IMG/VR virus record: IMGVR_UViG_3300005253_000063 | Span: 54,355-118,354 of that record | Reading direction: 5' to 3' (one strand) | Length of the DNA: 64,000 bases | Origin: a virus | Part shown: positions 1 to 9,933 of the stretch, piece after piece | Numbering within the stretch: the first letter of the stretch is position 1 | Layout of the letters: each line of letters opens with the position of its first letter | Made by a program: the position numbers and the translations under genes | The notes under the pieces: generated by a model | What the model saw: the letters and a program-made list of their open reading frames with translations, nothing else | What the model was told of the DNA's origin: nothing | Database searches by the model: none

Positions 1-895
1 CTCGTTTTGTGGCGCCGCCCGACTTACGCGCGCATGCCGTAGAGCAATTTTTCTGATTAGAATTCTGAGGTTGAAAATCAGTACGGCACCACGCACACAG
101 TCGCGACCCGATACTGCGCCTCAATGTAAATTTGCAGGAATTCGAGCAGCAGGGGATTGCAATTCTCCGCTTTGCCTGGGAAAGCGGCATGGAGAAGACT
201 TTTTCACAGACCGGGCATGTAAACGTAGGTCGTCGGCTACGTTTCTTCGCCGCGGTTGCGGCATTGCCGCATGCTTGCGAACACCGCAGCGTCTTGGAAT
301 GGATCGGCGTGAAGGTTGCGCCGCACTCGATGCAGGCTCGCTCCTTCGGCGCACGAGCCGCTCTATAGCAGGTCGCGGAACAGTGTTTGCGTTCCTTGCT
401 TTGCTGGTGTTCAAACTTTTCCCCGCAATGCGCGCAGACAGTCTTCGTTCGCTTACGTTTGTGAGCGTGCCTGTGACACGTAGCGCACAGCAGCTCAATA
501 TTGTCGATCGCGAACAGGAGAGTGATATCCTTGGTTGGCCAAGGATCAACACGATGGTGTCCTACAAGACCGTCGGCGTGACCACATCGCTCACAGGTTT
601 TGTCAACTTTCAAACGCCGTGCGAAGCCGATCCAACCATGCCGGTTGTACCAGGCCATACGAGTCCTAGCTGGCTCGTCACCGCGTCTGCTGATGCCAAA
701 ACATCCTTGAGAGCAAAACTTCCCGTACCCATCCGCTACCTGCCTTGCACTAGCCGTGAAGGCTTTGCCGCAGACGAGACATACCTTCTTGACTGTCTTC
801 CGCTTCGACTCGGCGTAGCAAGACCTCGAACAGAATTTTGCTGCTCGTTGGGAGCGCTTGAATGTCGATCCGCATTGTTTGCACACCGTTTCCAT
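1..895 (-). CDS. HNH endonuclease with multiple CxxC...CSxxC zinc-finger repeats (runs off window, 3' partial)
   Basis: Manual translation from ATG at 895: METVCKQCG..KFCSRSC..CLVCGK..FCSQGC..KTCERCGHADGLVGHHRVDP..DNIELLCATCHRHAH..CAHCG..CSATC; no stop before position 1, so absent from ORF track. Confidence 0.85.
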   Translation of the reverse strand, partial: METVCKQCGSTFKRSQRAAKFCSRSCYAESKRKTVKKVCLVCGKAFTASARQVADGYGKFCSQGCFGISRRGDEPARTRMAWYNRHGWIGFARRLKVDKTCERCGHADGLVGHHRVDPWPTKDITLLFAIDNIELLCATCHRHAHKRKRTKTVCAHCGEKFEHQQSKERKHCSATCYRAARAPKERACIECGATFTPIHSKTLRCSQACGNAATAAKKRSRRPTFTCPVCEKVFSMPLSQAKRRIAIPCCSNSCKFTLRRSIGSRLCAWCRTDFQPQNSNQKNCSTACARKSGGATKR

Positions 896-938
896 GACGG
901 ACAACGTGTAGCACGTTTTCGTCAAAAAGGCTAGCCAC

Positions 939-2096
939 ATGTCCGACCGTCTCGATTACTTTTTTAGGCAACTGCTGACCGAGCAAGAATTAGATTCTGG
1001 TTTCGATAAGACCGAGGCCGCTGAGCAGAAGCTGATGACCGATCAGCTCTTGACCGGCATTTTCATTGGCGGCGAAGTGGCCGAGCACTTCCCGACGCCT
1101 GATCTGACGGTTGACATCGCCGGCCCGTTGAACGCCTACGACCAGCTCGGCCGCCGCATCTTTTTCTCACCGCTTCAAGTCCTCGACATGTCCGTCGACG
1201 AGCTTGCGGTTTCGACCGCGGTCGACACGCCGGGCAACGAGAAGATCCTCACCATCTTCGTGGAGTTCGATCGGCTCCTCTCCGACCCACGTCTCGACGG
1301 CAACAATCTCACTGTTTTCTTTCAGCGTGTCGAGAGTTTCAAACTGAACGTGGTGCAATCGGCCGAGGCCGCGATCGGCCTGGCCGTTCCACCTGCGCCT
1401 CGCGCCGACCAGCTCATTCTGGCTGACGTTACGATCGTCAACGCGCAGGTAGCGATCCTCGATGCCGACATCGATGCCTCGCGCCGCGCCGACGTCTTCA
1501 AGCTGACTGGAGCACCGAACTCGATTACAGCAGGACGGGTCAAGCAAGTTCTGCAGGACATGCTCGACATCCTCAACGGCGGTATCGGCGGGGTAGACGT
1601 CATCGAGGGTGGCGATACCGTCATCGACTTCTCGACGCTCCAGAGTGCCATTCAGGACCTGGCGGAACAGAAGCACGTCGGCATCAACTACGTCTTCGGA
1701 CTCACTGACATCAATCCGCGGTTGACGGATTGGGTGTACAGCGACGCACTGTTCGGATGGCGCTCCACCGTCATCGGTGCGAAAGCCGACGGCTGGTGGA
1801 AGATGCAGGATAAGCACAAGATTTTGGAGGTCGATGCCTTTGTTAGTGATGGCGCCCCGGACAGCATCGTCAGTGCTCGGTTGAACGTCCTGAGCATGAC
1901 GACTCCGGTGGCGCTCATATCCAAGGACTTCCAAATATCGAACGGATCCGGTTTGCCGCAGATCATGAGCTTCACGTTCACCCCATTCACGCTCGGGGTG
2001 AACGAGATCCTCTTTATCGAGTTCGAAAACACGGATGCCGGAGTCCTCGCCCGTATCCTTCGGGGGGGCCGCGTCAAGGCTCGTCGCATCCTGTAG
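939..2096 (+). CDS. putative tail/tail-fibre structural protein
   Basis: N-terminus MSDRLDYFFRQLLTEQELD resembles tail-associated proteins of myxobacterial prophages (recalled similarity); lies upstream of lysis genes. Confidence 0.55.
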   Translation: MSDRLDYFFRQLLTEQELDSGFDKTEAAEQKLMTDQLLTGIFIGGEVAEHFPTPDLTVDIAGPLNAYDQLGRRIFFSPLQVLDMSVDELAVSTAVDTPGNEKILTIFVEFDRLLSDPRLDGNNLTVFFQRVESFKLNVVQSAEAAIGLAVPPAPRADQLILADVTIVNAQVAILDADIDASRRADVFKLTGAPNSITAGRVKQVLQDMLDILNGGIGGVDVIEGGDTVIDFSTLQSAIQDLAEQKHVGINYVFGLTDINPRLTDWVYSDALFGWRSTVIGAKADGWWKMQDKHKILEVDAFVSDGAPDSIVSARLNVLSMTTPVALISKDFQISNGSGLPQIMSFTFTPFTLGVNEILFIEFENTDAGVLARILRGGRVKARRIL

Positions 2097-2099
2097 TTC

Positions 2100-2651
2100 A
2101 TGCCGACAACGAACAACGGACAGAAGCCTGACCCGCAGCCGCGCGCGGACACTGACAAGCTCGTCGGTGACGTGCTCGCGGCTGGACAGGACCTCAGCCT
2201 TGCGAACGGCAACGACCCCGAGACGGTGTTTCGCAAGACGCTCACGGCGTTCATCCAGGAGGCTCGCAACGGGGGCAACGGCAACGGCGGCCCGCCATCG
2301 AAGGGGCTTAGGCATCCGGTGACCGCTGCCCTCATCAAGTACGTGGTCACCGCGCTGTTCGCGCTCGGCGCTGCGTACGGTGGAATCAAGCTCGCGGTGA
2401 AGAGCAACTCCGACGACATCAAAGCGGTCGATACGAAGTTCGAGGTCCACGCAGATAAGTCTGCGCACCCTGGCGCGGCAACGAGGGTTGAGGTTAAGAA
2501 GGTCGAGGACAAGGTGCAGGCGCTTGACAAGAGCGTTGGCGAACTCGGCGTCCAGATTGATCAGCAGGAGTTACGGCAAAAGGAACGCCACGATGACATC
2601 AAGGGCGAACTGAAGTATCTTCGTCGACGGCGTAACCGGAGGGAGGACTAA
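2100..2651 (+). CDS. membrane protein (one TM helix + coiled coil)
   Basis: TM ALIKYVVTALFALGAAYGGI followed by heptad-rich tail. Confidence 0.55.
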   Translation: MPTTNNGQKPDPQPRADTDKLVGDVLAAGQDLSLANGNDPETVFRKTLTAFIQEARNGGNGNGGPPSKGLRHPVTAALIKYVVTALFALGAAYGGIKLAVKSNSDDIKAVDTKFEVHADKSAHPGAATRVEVKKVEDKVQALDKSVGELGVQIDQQELRQKERHDDIKGELKYLRRRRNRRED

Positions 2652-2657
2652 GAGACG

Positions 2658-2945
2658 ATGGCACGATTCGAGAAAGTCGCGTTGGCGAACGGGGCGCCTG
2701 GCACTGCGTCAAACGTCGAGAAGCTTCGCGACAAGTTCGTCCAAGCCGAGGGAGGCTTCGGCGGTTCACTTGACGTTCAGGGTTCGGTTGACGGGACGAA
2801 CTTCCGGGTGGTGCTGGCCGCGGTCGCTGCGGGGAGCATCACCGCGCTACCAGAAACGTTGAAGGAAGTCCGTCTCGACACAACGAACGCGACCGGTGGG
2901 CCTGCCGAGGTCGTGCTTGGTGGGTTCAACGAGCGCGTCTCGTAG
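2658..2945 (+). CDS. small virion-associated beta-rich protein
   Basis: Tight operon packing; 'LDVQGSVDGTNF' type motif common in phage virion proteins. Confidence 0.45.
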   Translation: MARFEKVALANGAPGTASNVEKLRDKFVQAEGGFGGSLDVQGSVDGTNFRVVLAAVAAGSITALPETLKEVRLDTTNATGGPAEVVLGGFNERVS

Positions 2946-2965
2946 GCGCCGCAGGAGTGTAACGG

Positions 2966-3427
2966 ATGGCCAAGATCGCAGAGGGTTTGAAAGGCATCAA
3001 CTTGTGTGGGCCCGGCTGCGTGTGGGCCGGTTCGCGTACTGATACGCAAGCGACCTGGAACGAATGCACGGACGGCAGTTGGCTGCTCGGGCTCTGTTAC
3101 GCGCTCGCCGTCGATGCCGCGCTCATCGTCTCTGCCGCGCGAGCTTGTGCTGCGCTCGCGTTGCCGACGCTCGCGGAGCGGAGGGCGTCCCGCCTGCAGC
3201 TTGGCATCGACAAGATCGATTCGTGGGAAGGACAGCCGACCAGTTCTCAAGTGAAGCAGGCGATCGCCGTCGCGCTTGGGGCTGCCCGCCTCGGGCTTTT
3301 CCCGCCCAAGATAGACGCGCGCCTCCTTCAGCGATACGCGGTCGCCATCCGCGCAACGATTCCATGGTCGGCGGTGGATGCTCGGTTTGCCGAAGATAGG
3401 CAGGGCAACCTGACCCCGGTGGCTTGA
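2966..3427 (+). CDS. hypothetical protein
   Basis: RBS GGAG, operon context. Confidence 0.6.
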   Translation: MAKIAEGLKGINLCGPGCVWAGSRTDTQATWNECTDGSWLLGLCYALAVDAALIVSAARACAALALPTLAERRASRLQLGIDKIDSWEGQPTSSQVKQAIAVALGAARLGLFPPKIDARLLQRYAVAIRATIPWSAVDARFAEDRQGNLTPVA

Positions 3428-3428
3428 C

Positions 3429-4970
3429 ATGAAGCGCTTCGCACAGAGCGAACCCACTGCGAATCGGCGGCAGATCCTGTTTAAGCTCGTAGACGCGACC
3501 GACAATCACACGCCGGAACCGGGGCTCAACCTCGTGACGCTGCTGGGCGCGATGATCGTGTTGAAGAACGGTGTTGACGCAGGGGCCGCAGGCGTTGTCG
3601 ACGAGCTAGACGGCGGCTTCTACATCTACACTTTCACCGTCGGCGAATGCGACACGCTCGGCGTCTTGCGACTATTCATCGATACCGTCGGCGCTGCGAC
3701 CGCGATCAGGGTCTTAGATTTCGAAGTGCGCGAGGTGACGTTGATCTACGGCGACCTGTACCCCGAGGACGCCATCTTCGTCAACGTCGCCACTGGCAGC
3801 GCGGGTGCTCTACCTGGTGTCAACGGAACGCCCGCCAACCCGGTCAATAACCCGACCGACGCGCGAACGCTGGCAGACCTCTTCGGCCGACGGAAGTACA
3901 AGCTCGACGGTGACGATAGCCTCGACATCACGGTCGATCACAAGGGGTGGACATTTGAATCCGTCGGCTTGATGACGCCGATCTCTTTCCTGGCGACCGC
4001 AAACATCGACGGGTCCGTCATTCGTGGCGGGCAGGTGGGGGACCTCGGAGTGGCGCCCCTGCTTGGGGTCACCCTGGAAGACTGCATCATAACGAACACC
4101 TCGTTCTCCGACATCGTGATCGCCAAGCGGTGCATCGTCGTCGGTGTACTCACGTTCCGCGCCGTGAAATTCTCCCTCTTGGTGTTGTTGGATTGCGTGT
4201 TCGGCGATGCGGGGCTTGGTGCGCCAGGTATAGACGCGAACGACACCGGCGGAGCGGTATTGGCGAGCGGTCTCATGGGCGAGATGCTCCTGCGAAACGC
4301 ATCGACCGTCACGGATTATATCTTCTTCCTGAATGGCGGGAAGGTGCTGTTCGAGGCGACGGCGAGCGGCGGCACGGCGAGGGTCAGTGGCATCGGTACC
4401 TACGACAACCAGGGCGCAATCGCGATCGACGCGGAGGGTTTGGTCGATCAGGCGGACCCGTTCGTTCGTCATACGGTTACGAGCGGCGCGAGCGACGCAA
4501 GCAACGTTCCTGTCCCGTCGAACCTACCGGCTGGCACCTACAATGGTTACCGTTGCGTCGTCGAGAGCGTAGGCGGCGCGAAAATCGAAGAGAGGATCAT
4601 CAAGGCTCACACGCGACCGACGCCTGGGGACGACGTCGCGAACCTGGAACTGGAGACGCCGCTCTCGTTCGTGCCGGCACTCGGCGATCCCGTTTCAATT
4701 CGTCTTTCGCCGGATGAGTCGCTCTTGGAAAACGCGCTGCTCGACCAACGCGTGTACGTGGACGACGGCCTCGGTTCGTTGCAAGTCTCTGCACGACTTT
4801 CGAAGTTCCCCGATGCGGCGAGTGCGGCGGCGGCGGTCAAGGACACGTCCGCCGGGCCGGGCGTTCCCCACGCTGCCGCAATCAAGACGATCCGCGTCAC
4901 GTCCGACAAGGACTCCGCGGCTCCTGGTCAACCCAACGCGCACCGGCAGGTGAAGGAGGATCCGCCGTGA
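3429..4970 (+). CDS. putative structural (tail-associated) protein
   Basis: 513 aa, Gly/Val/Asp-rich beta-type sequence within the structural operon. Confidence 0.55.
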   Translation: MKRFAQSEPTANRRQILFKLVDATDNHTPEPGLNLVTLLGAMIVLKNGVDAGAAGVVDELDGGFYIYTFTVGECDTLGVLRLFIDTVGAATAIRVLDFEVREVTLIYGDLYPEDAIFVNVATGSAGALPGVNGTPANPVNNPTDARTLADLFGRRKYKLDGDDSLDITVDHKGWTFESVGLMTPISFLATANIDGSVIRGGQVGDLGVAPLLGVTLEDCIITNTSFSDIVIAKRCIVVGVLTFRAVKFSLLVLLDCVFGDAGLGAPGIDANDTGGAVLASGLMGEMLLRNASTVTDYIFFLNGGKVLFEATASGGTARVSGIGTYDNQGAIAIDAEGLVDQADPFVRHTVTSGASDASNVPVPSNLPAGTYNGYRCVVESVGGAKIEERIIKAHTRPTPGDDVANLELETPLSFVPALGDPVSIRLSPDESLLENALLDQRVYVDDGLGSLQVSARLSKFPDAASAAAAVKDTSAGPGVPHAAAIKTIRVTSDKDSAAPGQPNAHRQVKEDPP

Positions 4971-5164
4971 GCGCACCTCTTGCGACTGGCGGTATGGAGT
5001 GCCCGTCGTCGGGCGCCGGGTTGGCGACCGAGGGCCTGGAGTGCCTTGGCGCTGGCGCGCAGCGCGGCCGGGTCAATCTTCGAGGCTCCATCCAACTCAT
5101 CTCGAACTTCCAAGGCACGCTCGTTGAGCGACAGCGTCTGCAAGGTAAGATCAAGATCGGCTGA
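4967..5164 (+). CDS. hypothetical protein
   Basis: GTGA and TGATG overlaps with both neighbours. Confidence 0.5.
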   Translation: MSAPLATGGMECPSSGAGLATEGLECLGAGAQRGRVNLRGSIQLISNFQGTLVERQRLQGKIKIG

Positions 5165-5934
5165 TGGAGATCCCGCGACAGCCACTCCGCATGGTCCGAG
5201 GCGACACGGTTGTCATGCGGCTCACCGTAGTCGACGAGAAGGGGGAACTGCAGAATCTCACTGGCAGCACAATCCACTTCCGCATTAAGAAGTCGGTCGC
5301 GTCCTCGCGCATCGAGGTGCTCAAGTCCTCGGCGGACGCTAGCGAGATCGATCTTCTACCGCAATCCGGGGACACGTTCGCGCAGGCCGACATCTTCCTG
5401 GACCCGGCCGACACGGCTGGGCTCGACCCCGGCAAGCACTTCTACGACGTCTGGGTAGAAGACCTCCCCGGAGTCGCCGACGATAACGTGCTCATCCGAC
5501 CGTCACCGATCTTCATCGAGCGCGCGGTGACCGAACTCTCGATACCGGCGCCACCGCCGCCCGGACCGCCAGGGCCCTCCCTGATCGGTATCTACACGCG
5601 CGGCCACAAGGAGACGATCGCAGTTGGCTCCGCGACGACCGAGACCAGCCTGGGTATCGTCGCGTTCCCCGGCTCCGTGCTCGCTGTCTCCGCGCTGCTT
5701 GGCGAGGCGGTGACTGCGGGATCGGTCACGGTCAACGTGAAGGTTGCGGGGATAGTCGTTTTGTCGATCGTGCTCGACTTGACCAACCCGCTGAAGCTGA
5801 GCAGCCCACAGGCATTCGGGGTTGACACCTTCGCCGTCGACGATGAGATCGCAGTTGAGGTCATTACGGCTGGCTACGACAACGCCGGTTCGATACCATC
5901 CGGTCTCACGGTCAACGTCTACCTGGGAACCTAA
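5164..5934 (+). CDS. structural protein with BppU-N-like domain
   Basis: N-terminal 'RGDTVVMRLTVVDEKGELQNLTGSTIHFRIK...YDVWV' pattern, Pro linker, second beta domain. Confidence 0.5.
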   Translation: MEIPRQPLRMVRGDTVVMRLTVVDEKGELQNLTGSTIHFRIKKSVASSRIEVLKSSADASEIDLLPQSGDTFAQADIFLDPADTAGLDPGKHFYDVWVEDLPGVADDNVLIRPSPIFIERAVTELSIPAPPPPGPPGPSLIGIYTRGHKETIAVGSATTETSLGIVAFPGSVLAVSALLGEAVTAGSVTVNVKVAGIVVLSIVLDLTNPLKLSSPQAFGVDTFAVDDEIAVEVITAGYDNAGSIPSGLTVNVYLGT

Positions 5935-5946
5935 CAGGAGGAAGCC

Positions 5947-6498
5947 TTGCGAAAGATACTCACACCGATCACTCTGATCCTTGGCGGGCTACTGCTCGCC
6001 GTGGTCGCATACGCACAACCCGAGGCTCCGCCCGCCGAGACGCCAGACACTGTGACTCCCGCGTTGGCAGATGCCGCACCTGCTCAGCCCGAGGCGGAGG
6101 TACCGGACAAGCCCAAGGCCGAAGAGCCCAAGACCGAGCCCGGTTCGAACCCGGACCTGTTCGACAAAGGCAAGAAGGTCAAGGGTGCCGTCGACGATCT
6201 GCGAGGTGACAGCGACCTGGAGAGGAAGTTCTTGATCGCAGCGCTCATCGCCGCCCTCGCGAATCTATTGCTGTCCGGCATCAAGCGAGGGATGAAGCTC
6301 ACGAGCCGTGGCAAGAAATGGCTACCGCGTGTCGCTCTTGGCCTAGGTGTAGTCGTCGGAGTTGCTACCTACTTCATACCGGGACATTCGCTCGTCGAGG
6401 CGTTGATCTATGGCGGGGGTCCGCCTGGCGCGATCATCATCCAGGAGGTCTTTCCCTGGGTCATCGGTTCCAAGCCGGGGGGCAGCGGGGAAGCCTAG
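5947..6498 (+). CDS. holin-like membrane protein
   Basis: Signal/TM N-terminus plus 2-3 further hydrophobic helices; strong RBS AGGAGG; upstream of endolysin. Confidence 0.5.
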   Translation: MRKILTPITLILGGLLLAVVAYAQPEAPPAETPDTVTPALADAAPAQPEAEVPDKPKAEEPKTEPGSNPDLFDKGKKVKGAVDDLRGDSDLERKFLIAALIAALANLLLSGIKRGMKLTSRGKKWLPRVALGLGVVVGVATYFIPGHSLVEALIYGGGPPGAIIIQEVFPWVIGSKPGGSGEA

Positions 6499-6918
6499 TT
6501 GCCTGAGTCGGCGCAGCCTTCCGCGCAGAACCTCCTCGAACGTATCGCGGGCGCAGTCGAGAAGCGGAAGTCGGAGAAGGGTGGGGGCGCGAAGTCGTGG
6601 TGGCATTGGCCGCTGCTGATCGTGCTCTTACTCTTTGGGCTCGCGGTAGTGGCGTGGTTCTCCAACCGACACCGCCGCGAGCTTGCGCGCCTGCGTCACG
6701 AGCAGTTCAAGCGAGAGAATGCTGAGGCGCAGGCGAAGACCGACGCCAAGGTCGCGGCATCGGATGCCGAACGCGAGAAGCGTCTGCTCGCGGTCACAGC
6801 TTCCGAAGAGCGGCTCAAGGAGATCGACGATGCAGTGGACACAGCGGAACAAGACTTCAGGAAGGACCTGGCTACGATCGATCGTATTCGCCTTAGTGAC
6901 CTTCCTCGCGGCGAGTAG
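6499..6918 (+). CDS. i-spanin-like protein (TM + coiled coil)
   Basis: TM WWHWPLLIVLLLFGLAVVAW followed by helical coiled coil. Confidence 0.45.
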   Translation: MPESAQPSAQNLLERIAGAVEKRKSEKGGGAKSWWHWPLLIVLLLFGLAVVAWFSNRHRRELARLRHEQFKRENAEAQAKTDAKVAASDAEREKRLLAVTASEERLKEIDDAVDTAEQDFRKDLATIDRIRLSDLPRGE

Positions 6919-7357
6919 CGTCGGCGCCGAACCGTACCGGCCGAAGATCGCTCCCGAGTGCAAGGTGTACCCGCTCGCCGATGGTCGCGAGGTCTGCGGC
7001 TACATCGTCAAGCAAGCCGACGGGACCGAGACGATGGATGAGTGGCAAGCGGTTCTCCGTGTTGACGCGGAGCTGGTCGTGCGGCGCAAGAGCGCGGAGC
7101 TTCAGGCCGAGCGCGAGGTCGAACTGCAAGGACAGATCGGCGACCTGCGCGGCGCGCTGGAGGCGTGCGGTACGGGCACCGCTGCGCTGAAGGATCGCAA
7201 TGCAGTGTTGACTACGCAGCTCATCGATCGCGACCGGCTCTATCAGAACGAACGCGTCAAGCCGCGGTTCAGTTTGGGCGGAGGCTGGGCTTGGGGTACG
7301 GCCGCAGTTCTGGCGGCTACGTTAGTGGGCTTCGTTGGCAAGGAGCTGATAGACTAG
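6830..7357 (+). CDS. lysis accessory membrane protein overlapping the i-spanin-like gene
   Basis: ATG 6830; signal peptide, coiled coil, C-terminal TM helix. Confidence 0.45.
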   Translation: MQWTQRNKTSGRTWLRSIVFALVTFLAASSVGAEPYRPKIAPECKVYPLADGREVCGYIVKQADGTETMDEWQAVLRVDAELVVRRKSAELQAEREVELQGQIGDLRGALEACGTGTAALKDRNAVLTTQLIDRDRLYQNERVKPRFSLGGGWAWGTAAVLAATLVGFVGKELID

Positions 7358-7361
7358 GGTC

Positions 7362-8153
7362 ATGCCAGAAGCGGGGAGCCGGCTCACGAGCGTGAGCGCC
7401 GCGGCGCGCGAGGAAGGGCGTCACGAGACACCGGGCGAGTCGATCTACGCGAGTCGCTCGGTGAACATGTACGACAAGAACGACCGAACCAAGCCGGTCT
7501 TCGGACTCGTCGTACACACGACCGGGGGCGGCGCACCAAACGCAGCGAAGAAGGAACGCATCTCCGTTCTCGAATGGTGCGTGGCGCGGTACGAGCGCAC
7601 GTATGGGTGCCACTACGTCAACGGCTACGACGGTGTTGACGGAGACCTCATCCAGGTCGGCAACGAATATGAGAAGCCGCACACGGTCGGGATGAAGGAG
7701 CAGAACGCGTCGATTCGCGCGGGCACGTGGAAGACGGACATCAGCAAGAAGACGTTGAAGCATTGGCGTGCGCATTGGCCCACGCGCGCCAACCCGCTGA
7801 AGCTCTTCCCCGGCAGCTCGGCGAACAACGTCTACGTCGGCATGGAGTGTCCGCCCTGCGTCTGGTGGGACCGGAAGCTCAAGCGGACAGTCTCCTCGCC
7901 GAAGCCGATGCGCCCTGGGTTGCGCTTCACGGAGGCCCAGCACGACGCGGTCGTGCTCCTCTCGATCGACCTGGCAGAGCGCCACAACTGGCCCGACGGT
8001 TGGTGGCTCCTGCCGCGGCTCGTTGGTCACGAGGACCTCAGCCCGATCGTGCGAAGCACCAAGACCGGCGGCTGGGATCCTGGATTTTTGAGAGACCGCC
8101 CCTATTTCGACTGGGACTACGTGAAGGTCGAGATCGAAACCGTCGTCGGCTAG
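7362..8153 (+). CDS. endolysin, N-acetylmuramoyl-L-alanine amidase (Amidase_2)
   Basis: VVHTT, CHY, HTVG, N..VGME, FTEAQ, GHED, DPG motifs. Confidence 0.85.
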   Translation: MPEAGSRLTSVSAAAREEGRHETPGESIYASRSVNMYDKNDRTKPVFGLVVHTTGGGAPNAAKKERISVLEWCVARYERTYGCHYVNGYDGVDGDLIQVGNEYEKPHTVGMKEQNASIRAGTWKTDISKKTLKHWRAHWPTRANPLKLFPGSSANNVYVGMECPPCVWWDRKLKRTVSSPKPMRPGLRFTEAQHDAVVLLSIDLAERHNWPDGWWLLPRLVGHEDLSPIVRSTKTGGWDPGFLRDRPYFDWDYVKVEIETVVG

Positions 8154-8374
8154 TCCTCGGTCTCGTCATCGTCGTCGTCCTCCTCGACGGCTTCGGACGT
8201 GACGAGTTGCATCGCGCAGCGCGAGACGACGATTAGGAATTCATCGTCGATCGAAGCTGCGACCAGGCAGACGGGTGCGTGGAAGCACGTCTCGCAGAGG
8301 TGTTCCTCGCGGCGGATCGCTTTCACTTCGCCAGGCACGAGGTCCACTGGCCAGCCGCCGACCTTCTCGCTCAC
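8150..8374 (-). CDS. small Cys-containing hypothetical protein
   Basis: GTG overlapping ruvC stop; CETC..C..C and acidic tail. Confidence 0.5.
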   Translation of the reverse strand: MSEKVGGWPVDLVPGEVKAIRREEHLCETCFHAPVCLVAASIDDEFLIVVSRCAMQLVTSEAVEEDDDDDETED

Positions 8375-8925
8375 AGCAGTTTTCTCACCAGGATGATGGT
8401 CTCGGATTCGAGACACGAGACGACCGCGGCGAGCCCGTCGAACGCGTGCTCTTGCTTGCACGCAGTCACGTGTTCGATCTTCCGCGACAGCAGCGCGCCG
8501 CCGTACGTCTCTTCCAACACCTGTCGGACCTCTTCCTTCGACGCGGTTTTCCTGCCAGTGACGCTCTTCTTGATCTCCTTCGGCGTTGCCTGCAAGATCG
8601 GCACGTCGTGTTCAAGGGCTATCGCTACGACGACGCCCCACGCCATCGCGAGCTTTGCTGCAGCGCTCGCGCCGCGCGGGAACGACATTGACTCGCAGCA
8701 GAGCACGGTGACCTTGTGGCGCACGAAGACGGCGCGGAGTGCCCTGACGATCTCACCGGCTCGGCGGACGTTGTCGTCCGCTTCGCGGATGCGACGCTTC
8801 CTCGTTGCCGGCGAAGTCCGTACGACGTCCATCTCTATGACGCGCTCGGAGTCCTCGCCGATTTCGACAACGGCGAAACCGAGACTCGCAAACCCGGGGT
8901 CGATCCCTAACGCTAGGCAAGGCAT
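8371..8925 (-). CDS. ruvC: Holliday junction resolvase
   Basis: LGIDPG, acidic E in CCES, PKEIKKSVTG...ASKEEV, HAFDGLA. Confidence 0.9.
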   Translation of the reverse strand: MPCLALGIDPGFASLGFAVVEIGEDSERVIEMDVVRTSPATRKRRIREADDNVRRAGEIVRALRAVFVRHKVTVLCCESMSFPRGASAAAKLAMAWGVVVAIALEHDVPILQATPKEIKKSVTGRKTASKEEVRQVLEETYGGALLSRKIEHVTACKQEHAFDGLAAVVSCLESETIILVRKLL

Positions 8926-9074
8926 CGTCTCCTCCCTTCACGTTTTCAGTATCACTTGGAAAACTACGAAGGCCGTCGCCAACACCATCGCGAGCAACAG
9001 CCACCTGTGTTTCGATTTCTTCCGCGCCACAAACCAGACGTGTCCGTTCAAACCTGCGAGCGCGACCGACGAGA

Positions 9075-9335
9075 TTAGTTTGTGTTTGCGCGCGCCTCTA
9101 TCGTCAAGGCGCTTGCGCGATAGGATGTCCAGAACAGTTCGATCACTTCTTCGAGCTTCACGCCGGTAATTTCGCAGAGACGTCCTGCTGCAAGCGCGAG
9201 CGCGACGACCGAGTCCTCGGCCGACAGTGTTTCTTGGAGGGTCTCGAAGAGGGTCGCACACGATTGGATCACTCGTTCGGATTGCAGGTCGTCGACCACC
9301 CGCTGAGTAGACCACAAGTTCAACGGCCACTGCAT
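9075..9335 (-). CDS. hypothetical protein
   Basis: RBS GAGG upstream, coding-like composition. Confidence 0.5.
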   Translation of the reverse strand: MQWPLNLWSTQRVVDDLQSERVIQSCATLFETLQETLSAEDSVVALALAAGRLCEITGVKLEEVIELFWTSYRASALTIEARANTN

Positions 9336-9689
9336 ACTTCAACCTCTCTCGTCCTGCAGCGCGCACTTGGCTGCCTGTGCCTTGATCTCGCCCAACGCCT
9401 TCGCGTGCCGTCCGACGTAAGTCTGCCAGACGCGTTCGGCTGCGTTGACTACACGACGGAGCCAACGAATCGCAGGGCTGAGGACTTCGCCTCGGCTCTG
9501 AGGTCGTTCCAGACCGCGGTCAGCGCGCTGTTCACGTTCTTGTTGTAGTCCGCAGCATCCATCATGACGTCGTCCCCCGACTTGCGCGCGAGCTGTGATT
9601 TTCGCAGCTCCGCAGCACTCATACGATCGAGACGCGCGTGGTGCTTGCAGCGTGGTCTGCAACCGCACGGGTTCATACGGGAAAGTAGG

Positions 9690-9740
9690 TGCATACAATC
9701 ATTGTGCTAACGCTGCTAATTATGCTATTTTCATCATGGA
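9690..9740. promoter_or_regulatory. AT-rich divergent promoter region
   Basis: AT-rich island with repeated TGCTAA/TGCTAT at the switch from - to + genes. Confidence 0.4.
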
Positions 9741-9933
9741 CCCAGTGCACGTGCAACCAACGAACGAGAAAGCGACGCAATGACCGCAACGGTTCGGAAT
9801 TGCGCGACGAGTGCACAAGTCGTAGGTGCGGTTCGATCAGTGCCTGCCCCGTTCGGCGTCCGAGCAGATCGGCTCGGGCGTCGACCGGAGCAATCACGCT
9901 CCCAAGCGACACCCTCTAAGGAGGCTGGTAACC

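Noticed and set aside
71-934. 287-aa + strand ORF
   Set aside because: Shadow of the minus-strand HNH/Zn-finger gene; no recognisable motifs.
1167-2530. Long minus-strand ORFs (433 and 280 aa), and similar antisense ORFs throughout
   Set aside because: Antisense shadows expected in high-GC coding DNA; they overlap better-supported genes.
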